DNA of 64,000 nucleotides, from assembly GCA_963775425.1 (NCBI GenBank), contig CAVZJB010000016.1:1248001-1312000 (forward strand), read 5' to 3'. A program made the position numbers and the translations under genes. Numbering within the stretch: position 1 is the stretch's first letter; each line of letters opens with the position of its first letter. The notes beneath the pieces were generated by a model. The model ran no database searches. It was not told the DNA's origin and worked only from the letters and a program-made list of their open reading frames with translations. This document shows positions 28,483 through 38,354 of the stretch, piece after piece. Origin of the DNA: an uncultured delta proteobacterium (GTDB lineage Bacteria; Myxococcota; UBA727; VGSZ01).

Positions 28483-29256
28483 TCACGGGGTCTCATCCAC
28501 CATCCGCTGGAAGTCATCGCGGACGGACAACATCGCCCTATCGAGGTCGTCCCGCCGGTTCTCGGCAGCGCCCACCCGGTTCTCCCAGGCAGCGTGGCGA
28601 GGGTTCGGGTAGAACGGCGAGCCCGGCCGGTACTTCTCGAGCGTGTCGACGAGCGCCGGGTGGTTTTTCACCCAGGCATTGAAGTCTCTGTCACCGTGCT
28701 TGTCGCTCGTGTCCACGTTGGGCAAACCGTCAAATTTCTGGGACAGCACGAGCCTCGCTTGCGCTTCGGAGGCGACCACAGACGGCGTGCGGCCGTACTT
28801 GTCGGGCGCGCCCTTGGTGATGCTGTCGAGCTCGGCCTTGCTGAGGACGCCGGCGCGCTGCAGCTTCTCCGCGAGGTGGTTGCGCTCGTCGATGTCCGCC
28901 GCGTGCCTTGCGGCGGCGACGCTCGGGGCCATCGCGGGCATCGGCGGCTCCGAGGCGCGCGCCTGGGCGCCCACGACGCCCTTGCACTTCAGCGCGGCGA
29001 GCCTCTGCTCGTTGCCCGCGGCCATCGTGGCCGCGCTCGGCGGGATCCCCGTGCCCGTGCCGGCGTCGCCGGGGTTCACGGCCCCCTGCTGCAACACCCG
29101 GAGGCGGTCGAGGCGCTGGCCGGTGGTCAGGGTGCTTGGTCCCGCGAGGGTCCCGGTTCCGGAATCGCCCGGGTTCATGGTCCCTTGCTGCAGCCTGCGC
29201 AGGCGCTCGAGCTGGTCGGTCGCAGGGTTGCTCACGGCGTTGAAGCTGCTGGCCAC
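28483..29256 (-). CDS. Orphan protein with internal tandem repeats
   Basis: GGAG SD plus GTG; LERLRRLQQGTMNPGDSGTGT / LDRLRVLQQGAVNPGDAGTGT. Confidence 0.6.
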   Translation of the reverse strand: MASSFNAVSNPATDQLERLRRLQQGTMNPGDSGTGTLAGPSTLTTGQRLDRLRVLQQGAVNPGDAGTGTGIPPSAATMAAGNEQRLAALKCKGVVGAQARASEPPMPAMAPSVAAARHAADIDERNHLAEKLQRAGVLSKAELDSITKGAPDKYGRTPSVVASEAQARLVLSQKFDGLPNVDTSDKHGDRDFNAWVKNHPALVDTLEKYRPGSPFYPNPRHAAWENRVGAAENRRDDLDRAMLSVRDDFQRMVDETP

Positions 29257-29373
29257 GGTGTCCTCCAGAGTGTGCCCCGGTTATCGAGGCGATCCGGGGC
29301 GCCGGACTTAGCGCTGCTGGCCGATGCGAGAAGGTGCGCGCAGGTGCTCACCCGGTGCCCGCGCTCGGCCGCC

Positions 29374-29500
29374 CTATGCAGACGCGTGGCAGTCCGGCGT
29401 GCACGTCGACGGGCCGAACCAGGCGCCGGATCCCGCGTCGCAGTCCTCGTCCGGAGAGTCGACGATGCCGTCGCCGCACAACGGCGCGGTTGTGGCGACT
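29374..29500 (-). pseudogene. Remnant of a myxobacterial cysteine-rich repeat protein
   Basis: LCGDGIVDSPDEDCDAG...CTPDC matches the CGDG..E.CDDG..C..C pattern; the 5' end is replaced by IS fragments. Confidence 0.55.
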
Positions 29501-29579
29501 TCCACCTTGTACGCCACGGAGTCGCTCGCTTCGGACAAGCACGCCGTTATCGGGCCGGTCGTCCCGAGCGCGGAGACAG

Positions 29580-29730
29580 CGCGTCGCCGGTCGACGCGGA
29601 CGCCAGCAGAGAAGCTCCGGGTCGTCGTCGACGCCAGCAGGCTCAGCGACGGCGACCTCGGTGAGCTCGTCCGCCGCGAAGGATTGCACGAGGCCCAGTT
29701 GAGGGAGTGGCGCGAGGCGGCGGAGATGCG
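29580..29730 (+). mobile_element. IS3-family OrfA (HTH) fragment
   Basis: TPAEKLRVVVDASRLSDGDLGELVRREGLHEAQLREWR. Confidence 0.75.
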
Positions 29731-29734
29731 TCTC

Positions 29735-29986
29735 GCTGCCGTTCCTCAACGACGCCGAGGCGGCGAACGACAACCTCGACCTCGGCAGCGGCGCCGTCGA
29801 GGCGACGTGCAAGACCCTCGTGACGCAGCGGCTCAAGATCAGCGGCGCGAAGCGGTCCCGCGAAGGCGCTCGTGCGATTCTCTACGTGCGTTCCCTCGCG
29901 CAGAGCGGCCGCCTCGACGACGCGCTCGGATTCCATCATGCGCAGAGACTCAAGCGTGCCGCGTGACCAGCACGTGAGCTGCTCCC
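29735..29986 (+). mobile_element. ISKra4-like transposase C-terminal fragment with probable element end
   Basis: LGSGAVEATCKTLVTQRLKISGAKRSREGARAILYVRSL...RAA, stop at 29964-29966; GCTGCTCCC follows shortly after. Confidence 0.7.
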
Positions 29987-30288
29987 CTCGGTACTTGCGC
30001 CGTGGCTCGACTCGCGATCACTGCTTTGACGGAGGTCGGTCTCGCCGCACACGGTCGGATTCAGGCGCAAGGGGTCGATTGCGTTGGAAAGTCCGATCAG
30101 GCGGCACACGTCGATGCTCGGGTCCGCGGCGTCTCACGGCGCGCGTCGAGGAGATTGCCGGAACAAATCGCTTTGCGAAAACGCCACTCGGGGCGCCCAT
30201 TCTACCGTTCGCCGAAATTGTGCGTGGCGGAATTCACGCGGGAGCGAGATCGCACGCATCGATACGGCGGCAGTCCTTACCCTTTTTC

Positions 30289-32757
30289 ATGGTGCTCACT
30301 CCTGACCCCGTTTCGAAGCGATGGCCAGTGCGCATGACCTGGCGCGACGTCCTTTTCCTGCACTGGATCGTCGATCCTGCCGAGATCGCGTCGCGGATCC
30401 CCCGCCGCCTCTCCCTCGACGTCTATCAGGGGCGCTGCTTCGTGGGTGTCACGGCGTTCACCTCATTCACGTCACCGTCATACCCGGCGTTTGGTGCCGG
30501 CGGTGACCAGCCGCAGAGCGCGGCAACGCCGTTGTTCGCAAACATCCAGGTGCGAACCTACGTGAGGTACCGCGACACCCGCGCGGTCTGGGTGCTCTCT
30601 CGCAGTCTGGGACGAATTCACACCGCGGCCAGGACCGACGAGTTCACGGTGTTTCCGGTCGCCGCAGGGGTCGGCGCCGGCGACTCGAAGGAGCTCTTTG
30701 TCGGGGTCGGGCACCGCGGTGCGCCCCCCCACGTCCTCGACGTGCTCTGCGAGCCGTCCGGTCGACTGGCCAGCACGGCCCCCGGGAGCCTCGAAGGCTT
30801 CTTCGCGGACCGGAGCGCCTACTATCACGGTGACGAGGACGCGGTCTTTCGCGCCACGCTCCGGCACCCGGCCTGGCGGCTGGAGAGCGCGGCGGTCGAC
30901 CTCCGCCGCATCGACATCGGCATCGAGCTGCCGGACGTGGAACCAATCGCCCACTGCGGTCGTTCGGTTGCCGTCGAATACGTCGGCGACGAGGTCGCTT
31001 GGTACCGTCACACCGTGTGGCCCGAGGCGCCGGCCGCGCAGGCGCCGGCGAAGCCGGCTCCTGCTCTCCGCGCAGACCTCTCCGAAAGTTTGCCGGCCGC
31101 CCAGGAGCTCTCCTTCAATGACGGCGAGCAGGCGCTGTCCGTCCACTTCCCGCTCGCCTCCGGCGGGTTCGACATCGCCGACTATCGCCCGCCGCCGGGA
31201 GACAGCATTCAGTTCGACATCGACCCGATGCTGGACGACACGACGAGCAATCCCTGGGCGGCGTCCGGCGAAGACGAGGGCGCGTCGCTCGTGATGGCGC
31301 CAGGCAGCGCTCCCGTCGAACGTCGGAGCTGCTGCGCGCGCTCCGAGAACGAATCCATCGTGTTCACGCCCCCTACGACCAAACGCGGCGTCCAGCCGCC
31401 GGCGTTCGCCACCGGCGGGCGGGAGCTGCCGTCGGACTTGAGCGGGCGCATCATCGGCGGGTTCCGCATCGGGAAGCTCATCGGTCGTGGCGGAATGGGG
31501 GCGGTCTACGCCGCGATCAGCCCGGCGGGCCATGAGGTGGCGTTGAAGATCCTCGCCGAGCGCACGACGGATGCCCAGGCGATCGCGCGGTTTCAGCGCG
31601 AGGCACGCGCCGGGATGGTTGTCGACGACGTTCACGTGCTCAAGACGATCGGGACCGGATACGACCGGGGCCACCACTTCATCGCAACCGAGCTGGCGCG
31701 GGGTGGGAGCGTGCACGATCTGCTCGCCATCGTCGGCCGCATGCCGGTTCTTCTCGCGGTCGAGATCGTCGGACAGATGCTCGAAGGCCTGAGGGCCGTT
31801 CATGCGACCGGGCTCATTCACCGTGACATCAAGCCGTCGAACATGCTCCTCACCGGAGATGGTCTGCTCAAGTTGGCGGACTTCGGCGTCGTCAAGGCGC
31901 CGGACGATCAGGCGCTGACCCAGGCGGGGACCGTGTACGGAACGCCGCGGTACATGAGCCCGGAGCAGTTGCTCGGGCTCTCGCTCGACCCACGGAGCGA
32001 CCTCTTCGCGGTCGGTACGGTCTTGTTCGAGCTGTTGACCGGGCGCAGTCCGTTCGGAGCTGAAGGCGGCCTCGGGGCGATCGCCATTCGGGTCACAACG
32101 GCATGCCCGCCGGAGATCTTTCTGGATCTGCCGACTGCACCCGAATTGCTGGACATCGTGCTGCAGCGTCTGTTCGCACAGAGGCTCGACGATCGCTATC
32201 AGTCGGCATCCGAGGTCCTGTCTGCCTTGGAGCCGCTCCGCGACGTCGTCCGTCGCTGTTGCCCCGACGTCGTTGCGCGCGCGCTCGGCGAACCGCACCG
32301 GGTTTGTCTCGCGCTCCGCGAGAGCCAGGCGGCGGCCGAGCGCGCGTGGGCGCGATCCGTTGGCGCGGCGGAGGACAGCAGGGGGGATGGTCGTCAGGTC
32401 TCGGCCTATGCGCTCTGGCGCGCGCAGCAGCTCGCAGGCGCCGACGCATACGGCGATCACATGTCCGAGGCTGCGCACAGCCGCCTCGGTGAAACCTGGT
32501 CGAAAGAGGTCAATGACCACCTGGCCGACGTTGAAGCGCAGGCGACAGGGTCCGATGGAGTCGCGACGGCCATGCTGTGGCGCGTGGGTCTCCTCTGGTT
32601 CGAGCTGAGAGTCCCTGCTCGAGCGGCGCTGTTTCTGCGTCGCTACCTGCGTCGCGTGCCGAGCGACGCCCGGGCGCGCGCGCTCCTCCAACAAGTGACG
32701 GGCGCCGACCCCGCGATGCCGTTCACGCACCTCGAGATCGCAGCGCACGCGGGGTAG
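30289..32757 (+). CDS. DUF2071 (YqjF-like) domain fused to a Hanks-type Ser/Thr kinase with helical/TPR-like tail
   Basis: MTWRDVLFLHW.VDP...LDVYQG.CFVGV...VRTYV...GSLEGFF.DR; kinase motifs GRGGMG, VALK, HRDIKPSN, DFG, GTPRYMSPE and DLFAVG. Confidence 0.85.
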   Translation: MVLTPDPVSKRWPVRMTWRDVLFLHWIVDPAEIASRIPRRLSLDVYQGRCFVGVTAFTSFTSPSYPAFGAGGDQPQSAATPLFANIQVRTYVRYRDTRAVWVLSRSLGRIHTAARTDEFTVFPVAAGVGAGDSKELFVGVGHRGAPPHVLDVLCEPSGRLASTAPGSLEGFFADRSAYYHGDEDAVFRATLRHPAWRLESAAVDLRRIDIGIELPDVEPIAHCGRSVAVEYVGDEVAWYRHTVWPEAPAAQAPAKPAPALRADLSESLPAAQELSFNDGEQALSVHFPLASGGFDIADYRPPPGDSIQFDIDPMLDDTTSNPWAASGEDEGASLVMAPGSAPVERRSCCARSENESIVFTPPTTKRGVQPPAFATGGRELPSDLSGRIIGGFRIGKLIGRGGMGAVYAAISPAGHEVALKILAERTTDAQAIARFQREARAGMVVDDVHVLKTIGTGYDRGHHFIATELARGGSVHDLLAIVGRMPVLLAVEIVGQMLEGLRAVHATGLIHRDIKPSNMLLTGDGLLKLADFGVVKAPDDQALTQAGTVYGTPRYMSPEQLLGLSLDPRSDLFAVGTVLFELLTGRSPFGAEGGLGAIAIRVTTACPPEIFLDLPTAPELLDIVLQRLFAQRLDDRYQSASEVLSALEPLRDVVRRCCPDVVARALGEPHRVCLALRESQAAAERAWARSVGAAEDSRGDGRQVSAYALWRAQQLAGADAYGDHMSEAAHSRLGETWSKEVNDHLADVEAQATGSDGVATAMLWRVGLLWFELRVPARAALFLRRYLRRVPSDARARALLQQVTGADPAMPFTHLEIAAHAG

Positions 32758-33114
32758 TCGCCCGCGTCGCGCGCGCCGCAAGCCCGGTCGAGCTCAACGA
32801 CACGGTCGCGATCGAGCCCGCCTTCGTCGTCGACAACACCGTGTCGACGTCAATCAACAAGACCAGACGGCATCCGAAGACAGTGTCGCGATTTCAATTC
32901 GCGTGGTGGCAATCCGCGACGTGATTCGCCTCGCCCGAGCACGGCCAGCACGGGTCTGCGCCGCCGCCCACCGTTTCGCGCTCCGGCACACCTGCGAAGG
33001 CCGTGCTGCGTGACCCGACACCCGGTTGCAACGAAGCGCTCCGGGGCTGCCGAGAAAATGCGCGCCCCCCCGGGCTCAAATGGAGACCAGCGTCAATCCC
33101 GTGTGAGCGCAAAT

Positions 33115-33130
33115 AGGCACCGCTTCTGCA
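33115..33130 (+). promoter_or_regulatory. Putative sigma54 (-24/-12) promoter
   Basis: AGGCAC-CGCTT-CTGCA (GG-N10-GC), 40 nt before the ATG; GGGAGG SD. Confidence 0.55.
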
Positions 33131-33170
33131 ACAGGGCATTCGCCACGCACACAGGCAACTGGGAGGTTCG

Positions 33171-34529
33171 ATGCAGCGCGCTCTCTTGCTAGCAGTCACA
33201 CTGTCGGTCATGTCCGTCGTTTCGTGTCGGCCCATCGCTGCCTCCGCGAACGGCGTGTCTCGCAACGCCGCCGCCCTGAGCCTGCTCGGCACGGCGGATT
33301 CGTTCTCTGTCCTCGCTGGGTCGGCGGTGACGAACACGGGTCCCACGACCTTGAGCGCCGATCTGGGTGTGAGCCCTGGAACCGCGATTACCGGTTTTCC
33401 TCCCGGACTGATTCTCCCGCCCGGAACCACGCACGCGGCTGACGCGGTGGCGGGCCAGGCGCAGAGCGACGTGACGACGGCGTACGTCACTCTCGCGGGC
33501 CAGGCGTGCGACAACGATCTGACCAGCGTCGATCTCGGCGGCCTGACGCTCGTGCCGGGGGTGTATTGCTTTTCGACGAGCGCCCAATTGACCGGCACCT
33601 TGACGCTCGACGCGGGCGGCGATCCCGCTGCCGAGTTCATCTTTCAGATTGGCAGCACGCTGACCACCGCCAGCTCCGCCTCGGTCGTTCTCCTGAACGG
33701 CGCCGATCCCTGCCAGGTCTACTGGCAGGTCGGGAGCTCCGCGACCGTCGGAACGAGCACCGCCTTCGCCGGCAACATCCTCGCGCTCGCCAGCATCGGC
33801 CTCCAGACGGGAGCGCTGCTCGACGGTCGCGCGCTCGCGCGCAACGGCGCGGTGACCCTCGACACGAACGTCATCCAAACCGACCTCTGCACCGGAGCGG
33901 GCGAGGGCGAGGGCGAGGGCGAAGGCGAAGGTGAAGGCGAGGGTGAAGGTGAAGGCGAAGGCGAAGGTGAAGGTGAAGGTGAAGGTGAGGCCGGTGAAGG
34001 CGAGGGCGAAGGCGAAGGCGAAGGCGAAGCCGGTGAGGGCGAGGGTGAAGGCCAAGCCGGTGAGGGTGAAGGCGAAGGCGAGGCCGGCGAAGGCGAAGGC
34101 GAAGGTGAAGGCGAAGGCCAGGGCGGCGAAGGCGAAGGCGAAGGCGAAGGTCAGGGCGGCGAAGGCGAAGGCGAAGCAGGTGAAGGCGAGGGTGAAGGCC
34201 AAGCCGGTGAGGGTGAAGGCGAAGGCGAAGGCGAAGGCCAATGGCCGGCGGGAGAAGGAGAAGGCGAAGGCCAATGGCCCGCCGGAGAAGGCGAAGGCGA
34301 AGGGGACCGCTGTGTGCACGGCACGCCCTGCGACGACTGGAGCGGCGCTCCGGTCTGCACCTGCGACGTCGGGTATGCCGGACCCGCGTGCGATGAGTGC
34401 GCTTGGGGCTACCAGTACAACGACGACGACGGGACTTGTTCCGCCACCTGCGCGGTTGTCGACTGCGGAGCCAAGGGGACTTGCGACGATTCGACGGGCA
34501 CAGCCACGTGCAAGGTGTGCGGCGTGTAG
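33171..34529 (+). CDS. DUF3494 ice-binding-like protein with (GE)n linker and EGF-like Cys-rich tail
   Basis: [64 protein letters not shown] and [15 protein letters not shown]; signal peptide ending VVSC. Confidence 0.9.
   Translation: MQRALLLAVTLSVMSVVSCRPIAASANGVSRNAAALSLLGTADSFSVLAGSAVTNTGPTTLSADLGVSPGTAITGFPPGLILPPGTTHAADAVAGQAQSDVTTAYVTLAGQACDNDLTSVDLGGLTLVPGVYCFSTSAQLTGTLTLDAGGDPAAEFIFQIGSTLTTASSASVVLLNGADPCQVYWQVGSSATVGTSTAFAGNILALASIGLQTGALLDGRALARNGAVTLDTNVIQTDLCTGAGEGEGEGEGEGEGEGEGEGEGEGEGEGEGEAGEGEGEGEGEGEAGEGEGEGQAGEGEGEGEAGEGEGEGEGEGQGGEGEGEGEGQGGEGEGEAGEGEGEGQAGEGEGEGEGEGQWPAGEGEGEGQWPAGEGEGEGDRCVHGTPCDDWSGAPVCTCDVGYAGPACDECAWGYQYNDDDGTCSATCAVVDCGAKGTCDDSTGTATCKVCGV
33899..34305 (+). 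repeat. Coding GGC/GGT-GAA/GAG hexamer array (Gly-Glu repeats)
   Basis: ~135-aa GEGEGE tract with higher-order units ([19 protein letters not shown] twice). Confidence 0.95.
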
Positions 34530-34719
34530 TCGGATGCCTCGACCGGGCGGCGCTTGCACGACGGCGCCGCCCGGTCTCGCACTTGCGCTCGCCCGCACCG
34601 TCGCGCATGGCGCCGCCCGGGGCGTCGCGCGGCTGCGGGTGAAGCGCGCGCGGCGGTGACGGCGTGCGACACGCGTCCCTTGCCTCGACCGCCCGGCGTC
34701 TCCCCCGAGCCCTTTCCAA

Positions 34720-35011
34720 CGACGGTGGCCGCGTGGGCGTCGTCATCGCCCACGGGGACGCGGGCAGCGTCTCGAAGACGCGCCCGCTCGGGGAGCGCCC
34801 ACGCGCGCAGGCGTCGTCGCGCTCGCGCCACCGGTGCGCAGTCGCGGCCGGCTCCTCCCGCTCGCCGCGCCGCAGCCGAGCTCTGCAAGCTGCACCGCGT
34901 GGTGCGCCGCGACCTCGCCGCCGTGCGCCAGCCGCTCTTCGTCGCACAAGGGCGCCACGACAAGACCAATTGAACACGGAGATCGCGCGGTTCATCGACG
35001 AGGTCGCGTAG
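34720..35011 (+). pseudogene. Heavily deleted carboxylesterase (alpha/beta hydrolase) remnant
   Basis: Out-of-frame pieces VGVVIAHGDAGSVSKTRPLGE, ELCKLHRVVRRDLAAVRQPLFVAQGRHDKT and LNTEIARFIDEVA-stop; GxSxG region absent. Confidence 0.55.
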
Positions 35012-35051
35012 ATCGTCGTGGCTCGCCTGCGCGAGCGCCGCCGCTGAAGCC

Positions 35052-35093
35052 GACGACGACGATGATGACGACGACGACGACGACGACGACGAC
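35052..35093. repeat. (GAC/GAT)14 trinucleotide microsatellite, apparently intergenic
   Basis: Read directly from the sequence. Confidence 0.9.
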
Positions 35094-35204
35094 GGCTCGA
35101 CGCCGCGCACGCCCCGCAATCCATCGCGCCGGCCCCAAGAGGCCGCATCCGCCGCTGGAGACACGTCGACTTCGGGGCCGTCGTTGGCTAGCGTCGACGA
35201 CGCC

Positions 35205-35753
35205 GTGAACGCACCGAGCCCACTCACCTATCTCATCGGTGCCGGCGTCGCCGTCGCCGTCCTCGCCTTTCGCTGGTCACGCAAAGGCGTCGCGCGCCCC
35301 CTGAATGTGGCCACGCTGTGGATCGTGCCGGCCATCATGATCCTCGCCGCGTGCGGGAGCATCGCCGCCGTCGTCGCGGTCGCGCGCGTGCCGATGGGCA
35401 TCGCCGAGGTGGGGCTCGTGGCCGCGTGCCTCGCTGCCGGCTCGATGCTCGGGTGGTGGCGCGGGCGCTTCACGGAGATCGCCGTCGACCCCGCCTCGCG
35501 CCGCGTGACGACGGCGACGTCGGCGATGTCCATCGCGGTCATCGGCGGGCTCATCGTCGTGAGGATGATCCTCAAGATGGTCCTGTTCAACGCCGCCGCG
35601 CCCCGCTCTCCGCACGGCGCGCTGTTGAACGTCTACTTCCTGATGTTCGGCGTCGGCGTCCTCGCCGCCGCCCGCGTCGAGATGTGGCTGCGCGCGCGAC
35701 GCCTCGTCGCTGCGACGCCGGCGATGGCGCCCGACGCCCCGCAGCCGTCGTGA
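35205..35753 (+). CDS. CcdC/DUF1453-like membrane protein
   Basis: RPLNVATLWIVP, G.MLGWWRGR...I.VDP, RVEMWLRARR; ~5 TM segments. Confidence 0.7.
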   Translation: MNAPSPLTYLIGAGVAVAVLAFRWSRKGVARPLNVATLWIVPAIMILAACGSIAAVVAVARVPMGIAEVGLVAACLAAGSMLGWWRGRFTEIAVDPASRRVTTATSAMSIAVIGGLIVVRMILKMVLFNAAAPRSPHGALLNVYFLMFGVGVLAAARVEMWLRARRLVAATPAMAPDAPQPS

Positions 35754-35788
35754 TAAGCGCAGCCGCTCCCTCAGGTCGCTGATCGCGC

Positions 35789-35804
35789 TGGCACGCGGGA
35801 TGCT
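35789..35804 (+). promoter_or_regulatory. Putative sigma54 promoter
   Basis: TGGCAC-GCGGG-ATGCT (GG-N10-GC) upstream of an AGGAGG SD. Confidence 0.6.
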
Positions 35805-35835
35805 CACAGAGGAGCGATCCAAGGAGGAGCATCCC

Positions 35836-36162
35836 ATGAACAGAGTCATCTCCACGCTCGCCACCGCCGCTTCCACCGTCGCGATCGGGCGCTTGCTTCG
35901 CCCGCGCCGCTCGAGCATCGCGGTCACGGTGCTCGGCTACTCCGCCACGTTCCTCGCCGGCGTCGCCGTCGGCGCCGTCGCCGGCTTCATGTTCGCGCCC
36001 AAGTCCGGTCGCGATCTGCGCGCGGACATCAAGACCGGCGCCCACGACGTCGGCGAGGGCATCCGGTCGACCGCGTCGGCGGTCAGCCACGCCGCACAGC
36101 GCGCCGCGAGCGCGGCGCAGGAGAGCCGGGTCGACCAGGCCGCGGACACGGTCGCCCACTGA
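35836..36162 (+). CDS. YtxH-like protein
   Basis: FLAGVAVGAVAGFMFAPKSGRDLRADI. Confidence 0.85.
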   Translation: MNRVISTLATAASTVAIGRLLRPRRSSIAVTVLGYSATFLAGVAVGAVAGFMFAPKSGRDLRADIKTGAHDVGEGIRSTASAVSHAAQRAASAAQESRVDQAADTVAH

Positions 36163-36419
36163 GCGACCGCGACGCGACGACGACGTGCCGTCCCGCACGG
36201 GCGGGTTGCAAACCGCACACGCACGAGCCGCCTGCGCCGGCACCCGGACAGGCAGCTCGCGCGTGACGCGCGCCGCCGCGTCGACACGACTGTCCCGCCA
36301 CACGCTCCGGCGGGCGCTGGCGCACACGCGCGAAGCGCGCGCACGCGAGCGGACGCGACGGCGCGGCGGGTACGAGACTTGCGGCTCCCCCACGAACGCC
36401 TTCGATCAGGGGTGGCAGC

Positions 36420-38228
36420 ATGACCACAGCGGGAATCCAGTTCGAAAAGGCGGGCGCCCGTGCGACCGCCCGCAACCTCAACACGCTCTTGCTCGATCGC
36501 GTGAGCGCGGAGCCCGACACCGTCGCGTTCGACGTCCCTTCAGGTGACGGTTGGAAGCCCGTCACCTGGAGCGAGGTCGGTGCGCGCGTGCGCGACATCG
36601 CCCGCGGCCTGCGCGCCCTCGGGCTCGAGGACGAAGAGCGGTGCGCGATCCTGTCGTCGACGCGCTTCGAGTGGATCGCCGCCGACCTCGCCATCAACTG
36701 CGCCGGCGGCGCCACCGCGACCATCTTTCCGTCGGACACCGCGGCCGAGTGCGCCTTCATCGTGAAGGACTCGGACAGCCGCTTCGTCTTCGCGGAGGAC
36801 GCGGCGCAGGCGGCGAAGCTCGACCGCGGCGCGCTCCCGAACGTGAAGCACGTCTTCACCTTCGATGGCACCGCCAGCGACGACGGCTGGGTCCGGTCCG
36901 TCGAGGATCTCGGCCTCCTCGGTCGCCACCTCGAATTCGAAGCGCGCGCGCGCGCGGTGAAGCCGGACGCGCTGGCGACGATCATCTACACGTCGGGCAC
37001 GACCGGCAGACCCAAGGGTGTCGAGATCACGCATGACAACTGGCTGTACGAAGCGGAGGCGCTCGACGCGCTCGGCATCCTCGGCCCCGACGACATCCAG
37101 CTCCTCTGGCTTCCGCTCGCGCACTCGTTCGCCAAGGTCATCGCGGTCGCGCAATTGCGCATCGGCTTTCGCAGCGCCGTCGACGGCCGCCTCGAGCGAC
37201 TCGTCGACAACCTCGCGGTGGTGAAGCCCACGTTCGTGGCCGCGGTGCCCCGCGTGTTCGAGAAGGTGTTCAACAAGGTGGTGGCGTCGGCGCACGAGGG
37301 CGGCCGCGTCAAGTCCTCGATCTTCGACTGGGCGCTCGGCGTGGGCCGGCGCATCTCGGCGCTCGAGCAACGAGGCGGCGCTCCCCACGGCATCCTCGCG
37401 CTCGAGGGGGCGTTCGCGGACAGGATCGTGTTCTCCAGGTTGCGCGAGAAGTTCGGCGGGCGGCTGCGCTTCTTCGTCTCGGGCAGCGCGCCGCTGTCGC
37501 AGGAGATCGCCGAGTTCTTCCACGCCGCCGGCGTCCTGGTCCTCGAGGGCTACGGACTCACCGAGTCGTGCGCGGCGACGTTCATCAACCTGCCCGAGCG
37601 GTTCCGCTTCGGCACCGTAGGACCGCCGCTGCCGGGCACCGACGTGAAGGTCGCCCCCGAAGACGGCGAGATCCTCGTGCGCGGGCGCGGCGTGATGCGC
37701 GGCTACCACCGCATGCCCGAGGCCACCGCCGAGACCATCGACGCCGAGGGGTGGCTCAGGACCGGCGACATCGGCGAGCTCGTCGACGGCTTCTTGAAGA
37801 TCACCGATCGCAAGAAGGACCTCATCAAGACGTCGAACGGAAAGTACGTGGCGCCGCAGGCGCTCGAGGGAAGGCTCAAGCTCGCCTGCCCGCTCATCGG
37901 CCAGGTGCTGGTCCACGGCAACAACCGCCCCTACTGCACGGCGCTGGTCGCCCTCGAGGAGGTCGCGCTCCGCGAGTGGGCCGCGGAGCACGACAAGGCC
38001 GGGCTCGGCTACGCCGAGCTCGTCAAGCTGCCGGAGATCGACGAGATCGTGCACGCGGCGCTGGCCGAGGCGAACCACGACCTCGCGAGCTTCGAGACCA
38101 TCAAGAAGGTCACCCTCCTGCCCGCCGACCTCACCATCGAGACCGGCGAGATCACGCCGACGCAGAAGGTGAAGCGGAAGGTGGTGGAGGCCAAGTACAA
38201 GGCGCTGCTCGACGCCATGTACGCCTGA
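36420..38228 (+). CDS. fadD: Long-chain fatty acid-CoA ligase
   Basis: YTSGTTGRPKG, LPLAHSF, VPRVFEK, EGYGLTE, GWLRTGDIG, DRKKDLIKTSNGKYVAP and TPTQKVKR. Confidence 0.92.
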   Translation: MTTAGIQFEKAGARATARNLNTLLLDRVSAEPDTVAFDVPSGDGWKPVTWSEVGARVRDIARGLRALGLEDEERCAILSSTRFEWIAADLAINCAGGATATIFPSDTAAECAFIVKDSDSRFVFAEDAAQAAKLDRGALPNVKHVFTFDGTASDDGWVRSVEDLGLLGRHLEFEARARAVKPDALATIIYTSGTTGRPKGVEITHDNWLYEAEALDALGILGPDDIQLLWLPLAHSFAKVIAVAQLRIGFRSAVDGRLERLVDNLAVVKPTFVAAVPRVFEKVFNKVVASAHEGGRVKSSIFDWALGVGRRISALEQRGGAPHGILALEGAFADRIVFSRLREKFGGRLRFFVSGSAPLSQEIAEFFHAAGVLVLEGYGLTESCAATFINLPERFRFGTVGPPLPGTDVKVAPEDGEILVRGRGVMRGYHRMPEATAETIDAEGWLRTGDIGELVDGFLKITDRKKDLIKTSNGKYVAPQALEGRLKLACPLIGQVLVHGNNRPYCTALVALEEVALREWAAEHDKAGLGYAELVKLPEIDEIVHAALAEANHDLASFETIKKVTLLPADLTIETGEITPTQKVKRKVVEAKYKALLDAMYA

Positions 38229-38354
38229 TCTCCTTTGGATCCGGCGTGTTGCGCGATCGAACGCGCCCCGCGGGAATGTGAACATCCAAAGCGCGAAACC
38301 GCCGCTGCAGGCCGAGGCGCGCGTGGAGCTCCTCGCGCGCTCGCCTGGGCGCCG

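Larger units (their letters stand above)
24566..35100. mobile_element. Decayed tRNA-Gly-associated integrative island (right boundary approximate)
   Basis: Integrase next to the tRNA 3' end, TA pair, IS fragments, many gene remnants, visibly more A/T at third codon positions; no attR copy spotted. Confidence 0.65.

Noticed and set aside
33899-34305. Possible CRISPR or non-coding repeat array
   Set aside because: In-frame Gly-Glu coding repeat with no unique spacers; no cas genes in the window.
24566-36400. attR duplicate of the tRNA-Gly 3' end
   Set aside because: Not found by eye; the island's right boundary remains approximate.
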